IMG/VR virus record: IMGVR_UViG_3300031994_000004
From: a virus
Taxonomy: Duplodnaviria; Caudoviricetes
Strand: one strand, 5' to 3'
Length of the DNA stretch: 64,000 bases
Of the stretch, positions 42,085 to 54,513 are shown piece by piece. Position numbers and translations under genes: made by a program. The notes below the pieces were generated by a model. It did no database searches. It was not told the DNA's origin and saw only the letters and a program-made list of their open reading frames with translations. Position 1 is the first letter of the stretch, and each line of letters opens with the position of its first letter.

Positions 42085-45000
42085 ATGAAAATGACTAAAC
42101 GATTTGAAAAGAAGCTCAAAGCTCTAGCGGACAAAATGGGTTTAGACACCAATTTTGACTGGGATTTGGGTTGGTTTGATTTCCTGACAAAGGATTTAAT
42201 CAAGCTCGGCTGTGTTCGTTTTTATGGATATGGAATGAACACCAAGCGGCAGTTACAGATTTATGTAGCAACTGCATACACGAAAATTTGTTATTATGAA
42301 AATGGCTTAAAATGGAATGGTTATGGATGGGGTATACAGAATCGGCTTTTGATTTGGGATCCGGCAATACCTGGATATATTAAAACTGCCGAAGATGGAA
42401 CAACTCACGAAACACTCATTTTCAATGAAGAAAACGAACCAACTGAAGAAATAATTTTAGGATTTCTTGAAGCTAGTTTTACTCATTGTATGCGAGCCAG
42501 GTTTTTGGAAAAAGAAAAAGAAAGACTTAAAGCTATGCGTGAGGATTTCTAATGGCATTTATTGAAGTAAACATTTTGGATAAAGTAATTTCTGCTTTTG
42601 AAAAACGCGGTTGTGAACTTGATGGTTGTAAAATGACTGCCAATACTAACAGTGGCAGTTTTGATATGACCTTTCTTAAGTATCATTGTTTCAACATTAC
42701 TGTCTATTCTAACAGTGGAGAAGCTGACCAGTGGGTTTGTTATATTGGCATTGAAAATACTGTGTCTGGTGAAGGTAGTGGTATGGATTGGCGAAATGAA
42801 TATGATGATAAGTACGAAGAAATTGTGGATAAGTTAATGCTGGAAATGAAAAGAATGGAACAAGAAAACAAAATTAACGCAATTAAGAAGGATTTCAATG
42901 ACTAGAGAAGAATTTTTTGATATACACGATAAGTACAATTTGCGTCTAACTGGACATCAGATATGGTTTGGCTATTTGTATCATATCGCAAATTTAGAAG
43001 CTATCACAAAGGAAGATTATAGAATTATTTACTTTAATCAGGGCAAAAGAGAACCTAGCAAAGAAGTATTTGAAAAATTTGTACAGAAATATGTACTGAT
43101 AGTTAAAGAGAACGAAGTTACTGAACGAATTAACAAAATGAAAGGAGACTTCTAATGACCTTTGAAGAATTTGAACTCAAATTTGCGGAACTTGTAGCCA
43201 AATATGGTTTCGTAAAGGATACTTGGCATTATGGCTGGAAACCAGATAAGGACTATTATGTGAACAGAACTGAATTGCCTGGTAAGCCAGACGCATTTGT
43301 CAGTTATTATTATAACCCAAAGAGCAAGAAGAAGTTGTATGTAGATTTCAATTCTGTGCTATACTATATCGCACCAACTGGTATGGATTCTTTCACTTCT
43401 AAGGACCATAGTTTGAATTATAAAGATTGCGACCAATTCAAGTGGGATAATTTTGAACGCTGGCTCAACTGTCAAAGTGAAACCATTTCAACTGCTCGCA
43501 GATTGAGTAAAGAAAAGAAAGAAAAGAAGAAGCTCAAAGAACTCAAAAAGGATTTCTAATGAATTTTAATGAATTTGCAAGTTGGTTAAATTCGTATTTG
43601 ACTGAAAAAGGATATAAGCTTAATTCCGATAATGAAAATCGTCAATACTATTTAGATGCATTTTCATATTTTTGGATTTCTTATAAAGGCCGTATAATTT
43701 ATTTTCATAGAGAGTATTCGTCTTTTCATTGGTCTTATTTGGATTTTAATACTTGTCCACATCCTGATATAGAAGTTTATATGAATTTGTTTAAGAAACT
43801 TGCAAACGAATTTATGGTTAAAGAAAAACAAAGGATAATGCAAGTAAAACAGAGAAAACTAAACGAGGATTTCTAATGAATTACCAGGAATTTTATGACA
43901 AAATGAACGAATTTGCTGACCTGATGGGTTTGGGCATTAGGCACACAAAAGAAAATGTGTTTGTCTATGTTAATTTGTTTCCATTGAACATTGAACTTGG
44001 TAAGTTTCCAGGTCGCCCTGAAGATGTTAAGCGTCTTTGGGAATTTGTTAGTGTTCGTTTCACTCAGCCGAATTTTCACGAAATCGGCTATGTGGATAGA
44101 AACCTGGAATGGCATTTTAAGGAATTTAATGACAATGTAATTCCTGAACGAATACTTAATGAGATTAAGAACAATTACGCTGATGCTCTTGTTGCTATTA
44201 AGTCAATTCCACTACAAAAGAAACTAGAAAGTATAAAGAAGGATTTTAAATAATGGCTGTGAATGATATAACTGATTTTAAAAAGTGTGCCAAAAAATTT
44301 GATACTCTGCTTAAAAATCTTGGTTACAAGACAGAATGTAGAGATGGTGAAGTTAATTACTATCTAGGGCACTATCCTGAGAAGTTCATCATCAGTTATC
44401 ATACAATGGTTATTCATTTTCACAGGTCCTTATTCTCTTGGTGGGAAATGATGGATTTCTATGCTGAACGCCCAGGTTCGTATAAACCTGATTATGAACT
44501 TTTAACTAAATGTGCTGAAAAAGTTTTACAAGATTATAAAAAAGAAATTTTAAAAAATAAAATGAAACAAATTAAAAAGGATTTCTAATGACAAATGAAG
44601 AACAGAACTGGTATACTTTTGCCAGTAAATTAAATTCATTTTTGATTGACAAAGGGTATAAAATGGAATACTCTAATAATTGTCGGCAGTATTGTTTGGA
44701 TAATGTGCCTCATTTTATAATAAACTATGATGATCAGTTCATCCATTTTACTCAAGATTTATATTCAATGTGGTATAGAATGCGATTTGATAATAATCTG
44801 AGTAATGGAGATTATGCTCCTGATTTTGAATTACTTACTCATTTTGCAGACGAAATGTTAATGCAGTATAAGCAACGAATATATGTAAACAAACTAATAA
44901 GGATTCAAAATGACTTTTGAAGGATTTATGTTAGAACTTGGTAAAGAATGGCCGACACCTTTGTTATTTTTGGTGTTGTTTTTTGGACTTTGTGTATTTC

Positions 45001-45368
45001 TGTTAAGAATGAAAACCAAAATGACAGAGTTTAAAGACGCTGACGGAAAGAAAATTCAGGAACAACTGCGAGAACTGTTAGAAAAATATGGTAACAATGA
45101 TTTTGTTTGTTTTGCTGGTTTAACTCCTTGGATAACGATTGGGCAACAGTTTCTTGTTAGAGTTGAGCCACAGGGGTATTCGTTTTTAACTGAGTATCTG
45201 TTTAGACCTAGGTTCAAATATGTTCTAGGGTATCTTTACAAAAACAGAGGTAAAGCACAGAAAATCGGTGTTTATACAGACCTGGAAAAATTGGTTCACG
45301 ATTATGTAAAAGTCAAGAAGGATTTTCAGGTAAAAGAAAAGTTACAGAAAATGGACGAAGATTTCTAG
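42085..45368 (+). CDS. DF-tail array 3, nine consecutive members: 42085-42552, 42552-42905, 42898-43155, 43155-43559, 43559-43876, 43876-44253, 44253-44588, 44588-44920, 44910-45368
   Basis: C-termini AMREDF, AIKKDFND, KMKGDF, ELKKDF, KLNEDF, SIKKDFK, QIKKDF, RIQNDF, KMDEDF. Confidence 0.85.
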
Positions 45369-45371
45369 TCT

Positions 45372-45437
45372 TGTAAACATTATTTTACATTATTATGCGG
45401 TTTGTCTATTGACAAACTGCATTTTTATTTCTATATT
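45372..45437 (+). promoter_or_regulatory. Early promoter with palindromic box and terminator hairpin
   Basis: Box 45372-45389; TTGACA 45409; TATATT 45432; hairpin 45395-45422. Confidence 0.85.
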
Positions 45438-45465
45438 ATAGTATAGAAAAAAGAGAGGTAACACT

Positions 45466-45801
45466 ATGACTTGTTATGTAGAAGTTTGGGAATCCAAAGA
45501 AGATTACGAATACGCCCGAAATTACAATGGAAACGGTGAAAATCCGAAGGAACCAAAGTTTGTGTTTGCGTATGACAATTTCAAGTGGATGGAAAAGTAC
45601 ATTTCTAACCACCCGAAATTTTGGGAAATTTGGGAATTGTTCCAGATGGCAGCTGATGGTTGCCGAGTGGTTGAAAATGAAAGATGGAAGGGACCGCATC
45701 CTGACCACGATAATTTGAAATTTATGGAAAAGGATTTTTGGAAGCTCACAGAAATTCCGATTGGCAGTAATTACATCGGTGTGTGCTACATTAACAAGTA
45801 G
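45466..45801 (+). CDS. Hypothetical early protein
   Basis: SD GAGGT; first gene after the promoter. Confidence 0.7.
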   Translation: MTCYVEVWESKEDYEYARNYNGNGENPKEPKFVFAYDNFKWMEKYISNHPKFWEIWELFQMAADGCRVVENERWKGPHPDHDNLKFMEKDFWKLTEIPIGSNYIGVCYINK

Positions 45802-45806
45802 GATTT

Positions 45807-48800
45807 ATGACTAGAGAAGAATTTTTAGATACAGTCGCTAAATTTGGTTTGGGGCATAATGAATATGATGATTTCATTGAAGTCAAAATCAAAAGTCGCT
45901 ATGGTAAAGCTATTACACTAATGGAATACTGTAAGAAGTCTAAGTATTCTGCCCAGTATGCCTGGTTTTGCGAACAAGAAGGTGAAGTTACCATCTATTT
46001 TCCGCAAAGAGTTCTCAGCGTGGATGGTTACCTTGTGGAGATTGAACAGGGCGACCTTATGAAGAACGAACAACATAAACGATTTAGCAAACAAACTAAA
46101 TTGGAACGAACCCTAAAGGAAGTAATAGAACAACTCAAATCCTGGCGTCAGGAAATTAAACTAACAGAAGTGGAGTGGGATTTTTAATGTTTGAAAATTT
46201 TGAAAAATTTTTGCAAGACAAATTTAGAAATTCACCCAACAAGATGGATTTTGACGAAATGAATGCTGTCATCGCAAAATTTGGATTGACTGAGCAGAAG
46301 TTTCTGTCTGGTAAACTGTATTATCTGTATAATCGTGAAGTGGTTTATTGTCCTGAAGACCATAGAATCGGCAGAGCATACTCACTGTATCCTGATGGTG
46401 TAATTGACTTTGAAGACGAATACACCAGTATAGATAAGCTAGAAAAGTTCTTAATGAAGAAAACGAAAGAAATTAAGGACATTAAAGCAGATTTGCGAAT
46501 GATTAAGATGAAGGAAGATTTTGACGAATGTTGAGCCTTGACGAATTTGTTGCGTTGTGTAAGCAGTATTGTCCTGAGTGGGAACATTATGAAGATTGGG
46601 ATGATGGCGAATACTGGGTCAGTTTCACACATCTCAGTGATTATGCTATTTGTATGTACCAGTATACGGATAATAAAATCTTTATGCCACAAGCAATAAT
46701 TTATGAAAATGGCGAATGTGTTGCTGCCAATGATGATGGAATTCAACCAAAGACCTGGGATGAACATATTATAATAAATGTTGAAGACGCAGACGCAAAG
46801 GACAGATTTATTAAGTGTCTAATCAAATTACATCAGGACTACAAACAAATTCAACAGGACCTTAAACTAACGAAAATTAAAGAGGATTTCTAATGGAAGA
46901 ACTGATGAAGTCATTTGGTTTATTTCATGACGAAGATTATTATTGGTTTGTTACAGAAGAAGATCATGTGAGAGGCAATTTTCTTGTGATTACTTATCCT
47001 GACCGAATTATTGTACACAAAACAATACAAGTAATTGAAAACAAAATCTATTATAGTAATTTGTTTGAAGTTTTTGGATATGAAAATGCAAAAGAAACTG
47101 TTGCTCGTTTATTGCGAGAAACAAAAGAAAAGTTAACTGAAATGCGTTTGGAAAAGATACAAAGGGATTTCTAATGATTACTTGGGATGAATACAAAGAA
47201 TTGGTAACAAGATACAATTTGGAACCGAATTCTTTCAATACTGGATTTAGACCAAATGGAGAACCTGAACAACATTCACTTCCACATTTGCCAAAATATG
47301 GAAAGTACCAAGGAAAACGATGCGCAGTTTACCACGATAAATTTGGTGCCAGAGTTCGTAAAGATTTGGATTGTTGGTACACATGGTTACTAACAAAAGA
47401 AGAAATGGAAGAAGCACTAAATGAAATGTTTAAATTTTTGAAGGACGAACAAATTAAAGAAAAACTTAATGATGCAAGGAGTGATTTCGTATGAGTACAG
47501 ACCTTATTAGATATATTGGGTTAGTTATTGGAGTTCTGACATTCTTTTCAATTTGCCGTAGATTTTATCTTGATTGGCGAACTGATAAGTGGCACGAACT
47601 AACAAGTATCAGTTGGGATGAAACTTATACTACGCTTGAAAATGTTTTGCTTGCTTGGACTGATACAGAAATTGCAAGTCACATTACTGATGGTGATGTT
47701 GAATGCGGACATTTCTTTATTGAAGTAGACAAAATTAAATTTAAGATTACTCTCGGCAAACATCCTATCAAAAGTTGGAAAGAATACAGAAAGTATAAGA
47801 AAGAAAATAATACATTCTACTATCTTAATACAGTTGGAACTTTAAACACTAAATCAAAAATTATTGCCCGTTATGAAACATTGGAAGATTTTATTTCGGA
47901 ATTTCCGAAAATATCTTCTCTCTATGTAAAGCAGGGTAAGACTGAAAAAAGAATAGACAAACTAATGGAGGACTTCTAATGACTAGAAATGAAATTCTAA
48001 CTCACATTCACAACCACCCGAAGATGCATCATTTGCTGGCCAGCATTTACCAGCACGAAGATTATACTTGGGCGAAAGAAAGTGGACTAAATGCATCTGC
48101 GTGTTTGTTTATTGACAATAACGAACACAACGGTGACTTGGTTGTAACAACTGGTGCTGGAGACAGAAGTCCAGACAGTGATTTCTTGAAAACACACAAT
48201 AAGTATTACCATCCTAACGAACTTACTCCTGAAAAGATAGACCAGATCATTGCAGAAGACATTCCTGAGTTGTACAAATTAACAATGAAGGATGTTACAG
48301 ATTATCTTGAAAGTAATAAAATAAAATCTTTGAATAAGGACTTTGAATAATGGATGGGTTTTTCGTTGGAATGCTGTTTATGTTATTCGTGTTATTAGTG
48401 CTGGTAATTTTTGGTGTAATTTTTGCTGCCGCAGTCTATTTTTCAGACATTGGGACTAAGTCAAAACCACCATTTGAACCATACATAACTGAAGACGAAC
48501 AGAATGCATTTGTGGCCCGATTTAAGTCATTTGCTTTTGACGAAATGCCACAGTTTATGTATGGACTTAGAAACATACCGCCTAGAAGCATTCAAATGCA
48601 GTTTTCGCATCAGTCCAGGTGTTATATAAATGTAACGAAAGATATAAACAAAAAATGTTTTAAGTATGAAGTCAAATACAAGAAAACTGTGATAAAAACA
48701 TTTGACGATTGGGGAGAAGTCGGTGATTATTGTTGGAATTTAAATATAAGTTATAGAGATAACCCTGATTTGGTTTTAAAGACATTGGAAGTTGAAAAAC

Positions 48801-49149
48801 GAGAAGCTTTAGCAGCAGGAGATTTTGATTGAGAAAATTTAAAAACTTAGATGGAACTGTATTCCAGAACGAATATGGTTTACTTACATCAAATGCTTTT
48901 GAAGTATTAAATAATACTCTCGGCAAAGAATATGGCAGACTCAAAATTTTCGGTACAGCCGTTGATTTGGTCAGTGAAAATTTTGAAATTATAGAAGATA
49001 ACAAAAGAAAAAGTCATTACAGTTATAATCGTGACTATGTTATTGAGCATTTTAATAAGATAACAAAAATGTATTATGACCTGTTGGAATTGAGAAAGAA
49101 AATAAATTACAAAAAGAAACTTAAAAATATAAAGAACGATTTTAAATAG
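45807..49149 (+). CDS. DF-tail array 4, nine consecutive members: 45807-46187, 46187-46534, 46528-46893, 46893-47174, 47174-47494, 47491-47979, 47979-48350, 48350-48832, 48829-49149
   Basis: C-termini EVEWDF, KMKEDFDEC, KIKEDF, KIQRDF, DARSDFV, KLMEDF, SLNKDFE, LAAGDFD, NIKNDFK. Confidence 0.85.
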
Positions 49150-49152
49150 TTT

Positions 49153-49218
49153 TGTAAACATTATTTTACACATTTTTACCATAAATCCATTGACAGAAAC
49201 AGTGGATTTTTCTATATT
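49153..49218 (+). promoter_or_regulatory. Early promoter with palindromic box and terminator hairpin
   Basis: Box 49153-49170; TTGACA 49190; TATATT 49213; hairpin 49183-49209. Confidence 0.85.
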
Positions 49219-49245
49219 TTACTTGTAAAGAAAAAGAGGTTAAAT

Positions 49246-50364
49246 ATGAGCAATAAAACACGAATTTCCGAACTTGAAAAAGAAATTAAGAAGAACCAGG
49301 AACTCTATTACAACAATAAGCCGGTCATTTCCGATATGGAATTTGATGCCCTGGTTGATGAACTTTCCAAGCTTGATCCGGAAAATCCGCTGCTCACAAC
49401 TGTGGTTGGTTCTGACCACACAGAAGGTTTCAAGAAAGTTACCCACAACATTGTTATGGGTTCTCAGTCAAAAGCAAATACTGAACCGGAAATGAACGCC
49501 TGGATCCGCACTATTGACCCGTCTATGGTGCTTGGCTCCTTCAAGATGGATGGAAATTCTGTTTGCTTGACTTACAAGAATGGTAAATTGGTGCGAGCTG
49601 CGTCCCGTGGTGATGGTTACACTGGGGATGACATTACAGAAAATGTGAAGAAGATGAATTTCGTCCCGCAGAAGTTGGTGGATGATTTTACTGGTGATGT
49701 TCGTGGTGAAGTGTTGCTCTCTCGCAAAAATAAGAAGAAGTATTTCCCTGAATTTAAGAACTGCCGTAATGGTGCTAGTGGTGTTATGAAGCACCTGGAT
49801 GGTGCTGGTTGTGAACATTTGGATGTTGTTTGCTATGATGCTCAATACTATTCCAAAACTGAAGAATTTGGTACTCAGCAGAATCTCGTTTCTTTCCTTG
49901 AACGCAACGGCTTTAAGGCTGCGGAATACCGCTTTTTCAAGAATCTTACTGGTAAGGCCGCTATGGACTACCTTAAAGAAGTCTTTGACGATTTTGATAA
50001 TCTTGAATATGACATTGACGGTATCGTTTGGAAGCAGAACTCCATTGACATGAACGATATGCGAACAAACGAACGTCCGAAGACCAACATCGCCCTCAAG
50101 CCGGCTAAGGTTTTCAAAGAAACGATTTTGGAAAACATTGAATGGCAGGTCCGAAATGGAACACTCACTCCTGTTGCTGTATTGCGTCCAGTAGAACTTC
50201 AGGGAGCAACGATTAGCCGAGCATCTCTCTGTAACATCGCTTGTTTGGAACAGATGGGAATTGAAATCGGACACAAGGTAATGATTTGCCGCTGTGGTAT
50301 GATTATTCCGAAGATTATCAAGGACATTAACACTGGCAAATATGCCGAAGGTTACGAACTTTAA
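49246..50364 (+). CDS. ligA: NAD-dependent DNA ligase, N-terminal part (Ia + adenylation + OB domains)
   Basis: YYNNKPVISDMEFD, KMDG, SRGDG, VRGEV, RNGASG, DIDGIVWK, IALK, LTPVA, RASLCN, IIPKII. Confidence 0.9.
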   Translation: MSNKTRISELEKEIKKNQELYYNNKPVISDMEFDALVDELSKLDPENPLLTTVVGSDHTEGFKKVTHNIVMGSQSKANTEPEMNAWIRTIDPSMVLGSFKMDGNSVCLTYKNGKLVRAASRGDGYTGDDITENVKKMNFVPQKLVDDFTGDVRGEVLLSRKNKKKYFPEFKNCRNGASGVMKHLDGAGCEHLDVVCYDAQYYSKTEEFGTQQNLVSFLERNGFKAAEYRFFKNLTGKAAMDYLKEVFDDFDNLEYDIDGIVWKQNSIDMNDMRTNERPKTNIALKPAKVFKETILENIEWQVRNGTLTPVAVLRPVELQGATISRASLCNIACLEQMGIEIGHKVMICRCGMIIPKIIKDINTGKYAEGYEL

Positions 50365-50379
50365 TTCAGGAGAATTAAA

Positions 50380-51094
50380 ATGAATTGGTCAGATTGGCTT
50401 GACGATGTGTGGGTGGAATTTGTAAAATGCGAAGGTGGTGCAGTTACTATGGCCGACAAACCGATTTATTTTCCACCAAATGTTTACACAAATCCACAGG
50501 ATGATGATTTAGTAGGTCATCTATACGATTGGTATAATGCTGGTATGAGTTCAAAACTAGCTGCTGAACAGATGGGTTATATTGAGACTTAATTATGGGT
50601 ATTTTTAAACAACTATACAAAACATTTGTGTCTGACCCACAGAAAAAGCAGGAACTGTTAGATTGGTTAGTGGAACACGATACGCCTGAGTATCATAAGA
50701 ATCCGCTACCAGTTGGTTACGAAGCTAACAGATTGTTGTATGAAGAAATGGAATCTGTGGAAAGTTTGGAACAACAGAAGCAACAGATGCTGAATTATTA
50801 CACACGAAATAAACCTTTGGATTTGAACAAGAAGGAAGATAAGGACATTTATTTGCAAAGACGCTTGGAAAAAATCCAGGAGGATTTCTAATGTTTGTTG
50901 TTACATTTGCTGCTAAACCTGCAAAAGATTTTCCAACATTAGATGCTGCTGCCCAATTTATGACTACAGTTAGTTATGGATTTATACGCTGCACAGATCC
51001 AAATGGAGATGACTGCTCTATTGCCTTGTGCCAACTTATTGTAAAGAAACTTAAAAATAATAACAGATTAAATGATTTAAAAGAGGACTTCTAA
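50380..51094 (+). CDS. Hypothetical 50380-50592 and DF-tail proteins 50595-50891, 50891-51094
   Basis: DF members end KIQEDF and DLKEDF. Confidence 0.75.
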
Positions 51095-51615
51095 TGAAAG
51101 CAATTTACGCCGGTTCATTTAACCCACTTCACGCTGGACACATTGACATTCTTAAAAGGGCAATCAAGCTCTTTGGTGATGTTACTTTGGTATTAGCAGT
51201 TAACCCAGGAAAGACTTATATTTCGGCAGAAAGGCGTAAAGAAACTTACGAATGGCTTTTCAAAGAAATCGGACTGAATGTAAAGATTGAAATTCTCTCG
51301 GCATATAAGTTGCTCGCAGATTACTGCGATGAAAATGGTGTAACTCACATTGTTAAAGGTCTAAGGAACGGAACTGACCTTGATAGTGAAATGGCACAGG
51401 AATGGTACACGAAGGGACTTAACCCAAATGTAGAAACTGTGTATTTCACCACAAATAACACACATCGTTTTCTGTCTTCGTCCAGCATCAAGGCCTTTGC
51501 CAAAATGGATAAAGAAGGTTTCATTAACTATATGAAGAAAGTAAACAGTATTGAAGGAGCAAAAGCCACAGTTGTTGAAACATATCTTGACTGGGTGTGG
51601 AGGAATGTGCAGTGA
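51094..51615 (+). CDS. coaD: Phosphopantetheine adenylyltransferase-like nucleotidyltransferase
   Basis: YAGSFNPLHAGH (HxGH), AVNPGK, IVKGLRNGTD, ETVYF, LSSS. Confidence 0.75.
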   Translation: MKAIYAGSFNPLHAGHIDILKRAIKLFGDVTLVLAVNPGKTYISAERRKETYEWLFKEIGLNVKIEILSAYKLLADYCDENGVTHIVKGLRNGTDLDSEMAQEWYTKGLNPNVETVYFTTNNTHRFLSSSSIKAFAKMDKEGFINYMKKVNSIEGAKATVVETYLDWVWRNVQ

Positions 51616-53551
51616 ATTTAACTGATAATGTAAAAAACATAAGAGCTGATTTTGACAAAGCTCGTAAGAATATGGACTATATGGAAAAAGGACTTCAGTT
51701 CGTGGAATCATATTTTACGGACAAGAATTTTCCTGGATGGTGTTGGAGAATTTACACCCGTGGAACATTCCAAAATAGACCTTATTTTGAAATTCAAGGA
51801 AATTCTCACATTCCAAGTATGAACTGTTCACAGTACGCAACTATTTGTTTGAAATATAACTGTTGTAATAAAACTGGTGCAGTTCTAGTCATTCAAGACC
51901 TTGCTCCTGAAATGAATGCTTGGAGTTTGGACTGGGCAGATAAACAAGCATACTGTAATGAAATGGATCCGATTTTTAAATCATTTGAAGGAATGAAGTT
52001 CAAAAATCCTGATCCGTTCATTCCGCAAATTGCGAAAATTCTTACTGACATTAAGAAAAAAGAAGATGTCAATAATGGAGCACTTCAACTTAAATCACTA
52101 ATCAAACAAATTCAACTTAAAAAGGACTTCTAAATGGCACACGAAAAAATTTTTAAAACTGTGGAAGAAGCCCAGGCGTTTATTCAACCCTGGATTGACA
52201 AGGTTTCAGCTGATTTGGGCTGTGGTGTAGAACCATACAGTTACAATGATGGCTATTATATGTCTGGTGGGCAAAATGTTGGTGACTGGTTTTATGGTGC
52301 GAATTTAAAGTATCTCGGATATAATTTGGGGACTATAATGATGCAGTACCAGTATGGTTATGATAGGGACACTAAAGAATCGTGGAAATATGACCCGTAT
52401 GTTCAGTTATCATTACAAACAAAAGTAACATTTACAATGAAATCTACATTTACTAAGTCAAATATGCGACACGATATAAACATTAAACTGAATGTTAGCC
52501 GACAGATGTCTACATCAGATAAAGATTACAAGAAGTTCATTGACTGGGCAAAGCTCATTATGAAACAACTAAAGACTGCGGAAGCTAAAAAGCGAAAGTT
52601 CCAGGCCGATGTTGACTTTGAATAAGGAGCAACTATGACAAATAAAGAGAAAAAAGAAAAGGTAGAACAAATTAACGAAAAGTTCCGTTCTCTTTTGGAA
52701 CAGTATGCGGATCAACTTAGGAATACTGGACTTATTGTAGATTGGTTCCCTGATGAAGATTACCCAGATTGTTCTTCATTTTCTTGCTGTCTATCTAAAA
52801 ACGATTTGGACGAAGGCGATGAGTTTATCAGTGTTTGTTTAACTGCTCCTGAAATGGATTGGGAACATCCTGAACTATACGATCTGGATAAATACACACC
52901 AATAATTTATTTCAATCTTGAAAGTAAAATTAGTGAAATCAAAGATACTTCAATTACCAAAACTGGTATTAAAATCAAAACAAAGTATAAATTTAGCAAC
53001 AGTAAAGAATACAAAGAAAAGGATTTTAAAACTGTACTTGAATGGGCGAAATATATTGTACAGAAAGTAAAGGACCTTAAGCAACAAGAAAAGATTAACA
53101 AAATGCAGGCGGATTTCTAATGGCATCTGTTTTCAAAACAAAAGTAGCAATGCTTGACATTATCAAAAAGTTTGCCGAAGAACTTAGTCAAATTGGCTTT
53201 GTTGATGTGCATCGTTTAAATAACGATGAAGGTCGGCATACTTTCTACATTGATAATGAATTTGTTGGTGACATCTACTTTCATTATCAGAAAGAAAACA
53301 GAAGTATGCGTCGCATTGTTACAAGGTTTAATTACGAAGTTAAAATCTATCATAACATCACTTACAACGCAGATAAGGTTGAAGAAGAATATGACATTAA
53401 ACTGCGTGATATTGTATCACGATATGTAACTGAAGATACCATTGACATTTTGTATGACATTAAAAATATGCTAAAAGATGTTTACAGGAACTATAAGAAA
53501 GCTCAAAATAAAATAAAAGAATTGAAAATGAGCGGTGATTTTTCCGAATAG
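51612..53551 (+). CDS. DF-tail array 5: 51612-52133, 52134-52625, 52635-53120, 53120-53551
   Basis: C-termini QLKKDF, QADVDFE, KMQADF, KMSGDFSE. Confidence 0.8.
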
Positions 53552-53554
53552 AGG

Positions 53555-53583
53555 TTGACAAAATTATAGATTTTTACTATATT
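53555..53583 (+). promoter_or_regulatory. Sigma70-type promoter without the upstream box
   Basis: TTGACA-17-TATATT. Confidence 0.7.
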
Positions 53584-53593
53584 GTTGACCGCT

Positions 53594-54175
53594 ATGAAAA
53601 AGATAATTCTATTAACAATTCTATTATTCTCGCTCGGGTTTTCTAGTAGAACTGAGAGCAATTTCGCCGACCTTTATTACATTTCTAAGGGTTCGGAAAT
53701 CATCAAATCTGTAAACAAGAACATTACAGAAAAAGAAGCATTTCAGATTAGTACTGTTGCGTATGAAGAATCTGAAAAATACGATATAGATTTTCATTTT
53801 ACATTGGGGATAATGACAACTGAAAGTCGCTTCAATGTAAATGCGAAATCTTATTGTGGTGCAGTCGGTCTGATGCAACTAATGCCGAAAACTGCCAAAT
53901 ATATCGCAGAGAAATACGATATAGATTATAAGAACTTGTATGATATAGAATCAAACATTCAGATTGGTGTTGCGTATCTGTATCATTTGAAAAACAAGTT
54001 TGGCAGTTACGAATTAACAGCAGCTGGTTACAATGGTGGAAGTGGCGGTGCTAAAAAGTATCACGAATATATGATTGGAAAACGCAAAGCAGACGAAATC
54101 CATAATCAAACTTTAAATTACGTTCCGAAAGTAATGGGATATGTTTATGACTACCGAAAACTCACAAAAATCTAA
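53594..54175 (+). CDS. Lytic transglycosylase (SLT domain) with N-terminal signal
   Basis: TESRFN, GAVGLMQLMPKTA, NIQIGVAYL, AGYNGG; MKKIILLTILLF signal. Confidence 0.9.
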   Translation: MKKIILLTILLFSLGFSSRTESNFADLYYISKGSEIIKSVNKNITEKEAFQISTVAYEESEKYDIDFHFTLGIMTTESRFNVNAKSYCGAVGLMQLMPKTAKYIAEKYDIDYKNLYDIESNIQIGVAYLYHLKNKFGSYELTAAGYNGGSGGAKKYHEYMIGKRKADEIHNQTLNYVPKVMGYVYDYRKLTKI

Positions 54176-54419
54176 AAAATATGTTGTTACAAAACTTTTT
54201 CCACCGGATTTTAATGCGGATCCATATTCTAAATGGAAAGAAAAACAACTGTGCCGGTGCGATACATTAAAAGAATGTGCTGAGTTTATCGTGAACAATG
54301 ATGAATACTGGTATAATTGCCGATATGGTAAACAGGACCTGAAACAAGAACTTTGTGATTTGATTATAAAGCTTAAAAATCTACGAAAACGCAGTAATTC
54401 ATTGGAATCCGATTTTTAG
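54147..54419 (+). CDS. DF-tail protein
   Basis: Ends NSLESDF. Confidence 0.65.
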   Translation: MTTENSQKSKKYVVTKLFPPDFNADPYSKWKEKQLCRCDTLKECAEFIVNNDEYWYNCRYGKQDLKQELCDLIIKLKNLRKRSNSLESDF

Positions 54420-54483
54420 TAAACAAAATTTTACATATTTATCCACAAAAACCATTGACAAGGTCGGTGGTTTTTTCTATATT
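54418..54483 (+). promoter_or_regulatory. Early promoter with palindromic box and terminator hairpin
   Basis: Box 54418-54435; TTGACA 54455; TATATT 54478; hairpin 54447-54475. Confidence 0.85.
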
Positions 54484-54513
54484 AAACTTAAACAATTAAC
54501 AAAGAGGTACAAA

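Noticed and set aside
49468-50274. 268-aa minus-strand ORF antisense to the ligase N-half (and other short antisense ORFs in the track)
   Set aside because: Shadow ORFs with non-protein-like composition opposite real genes.
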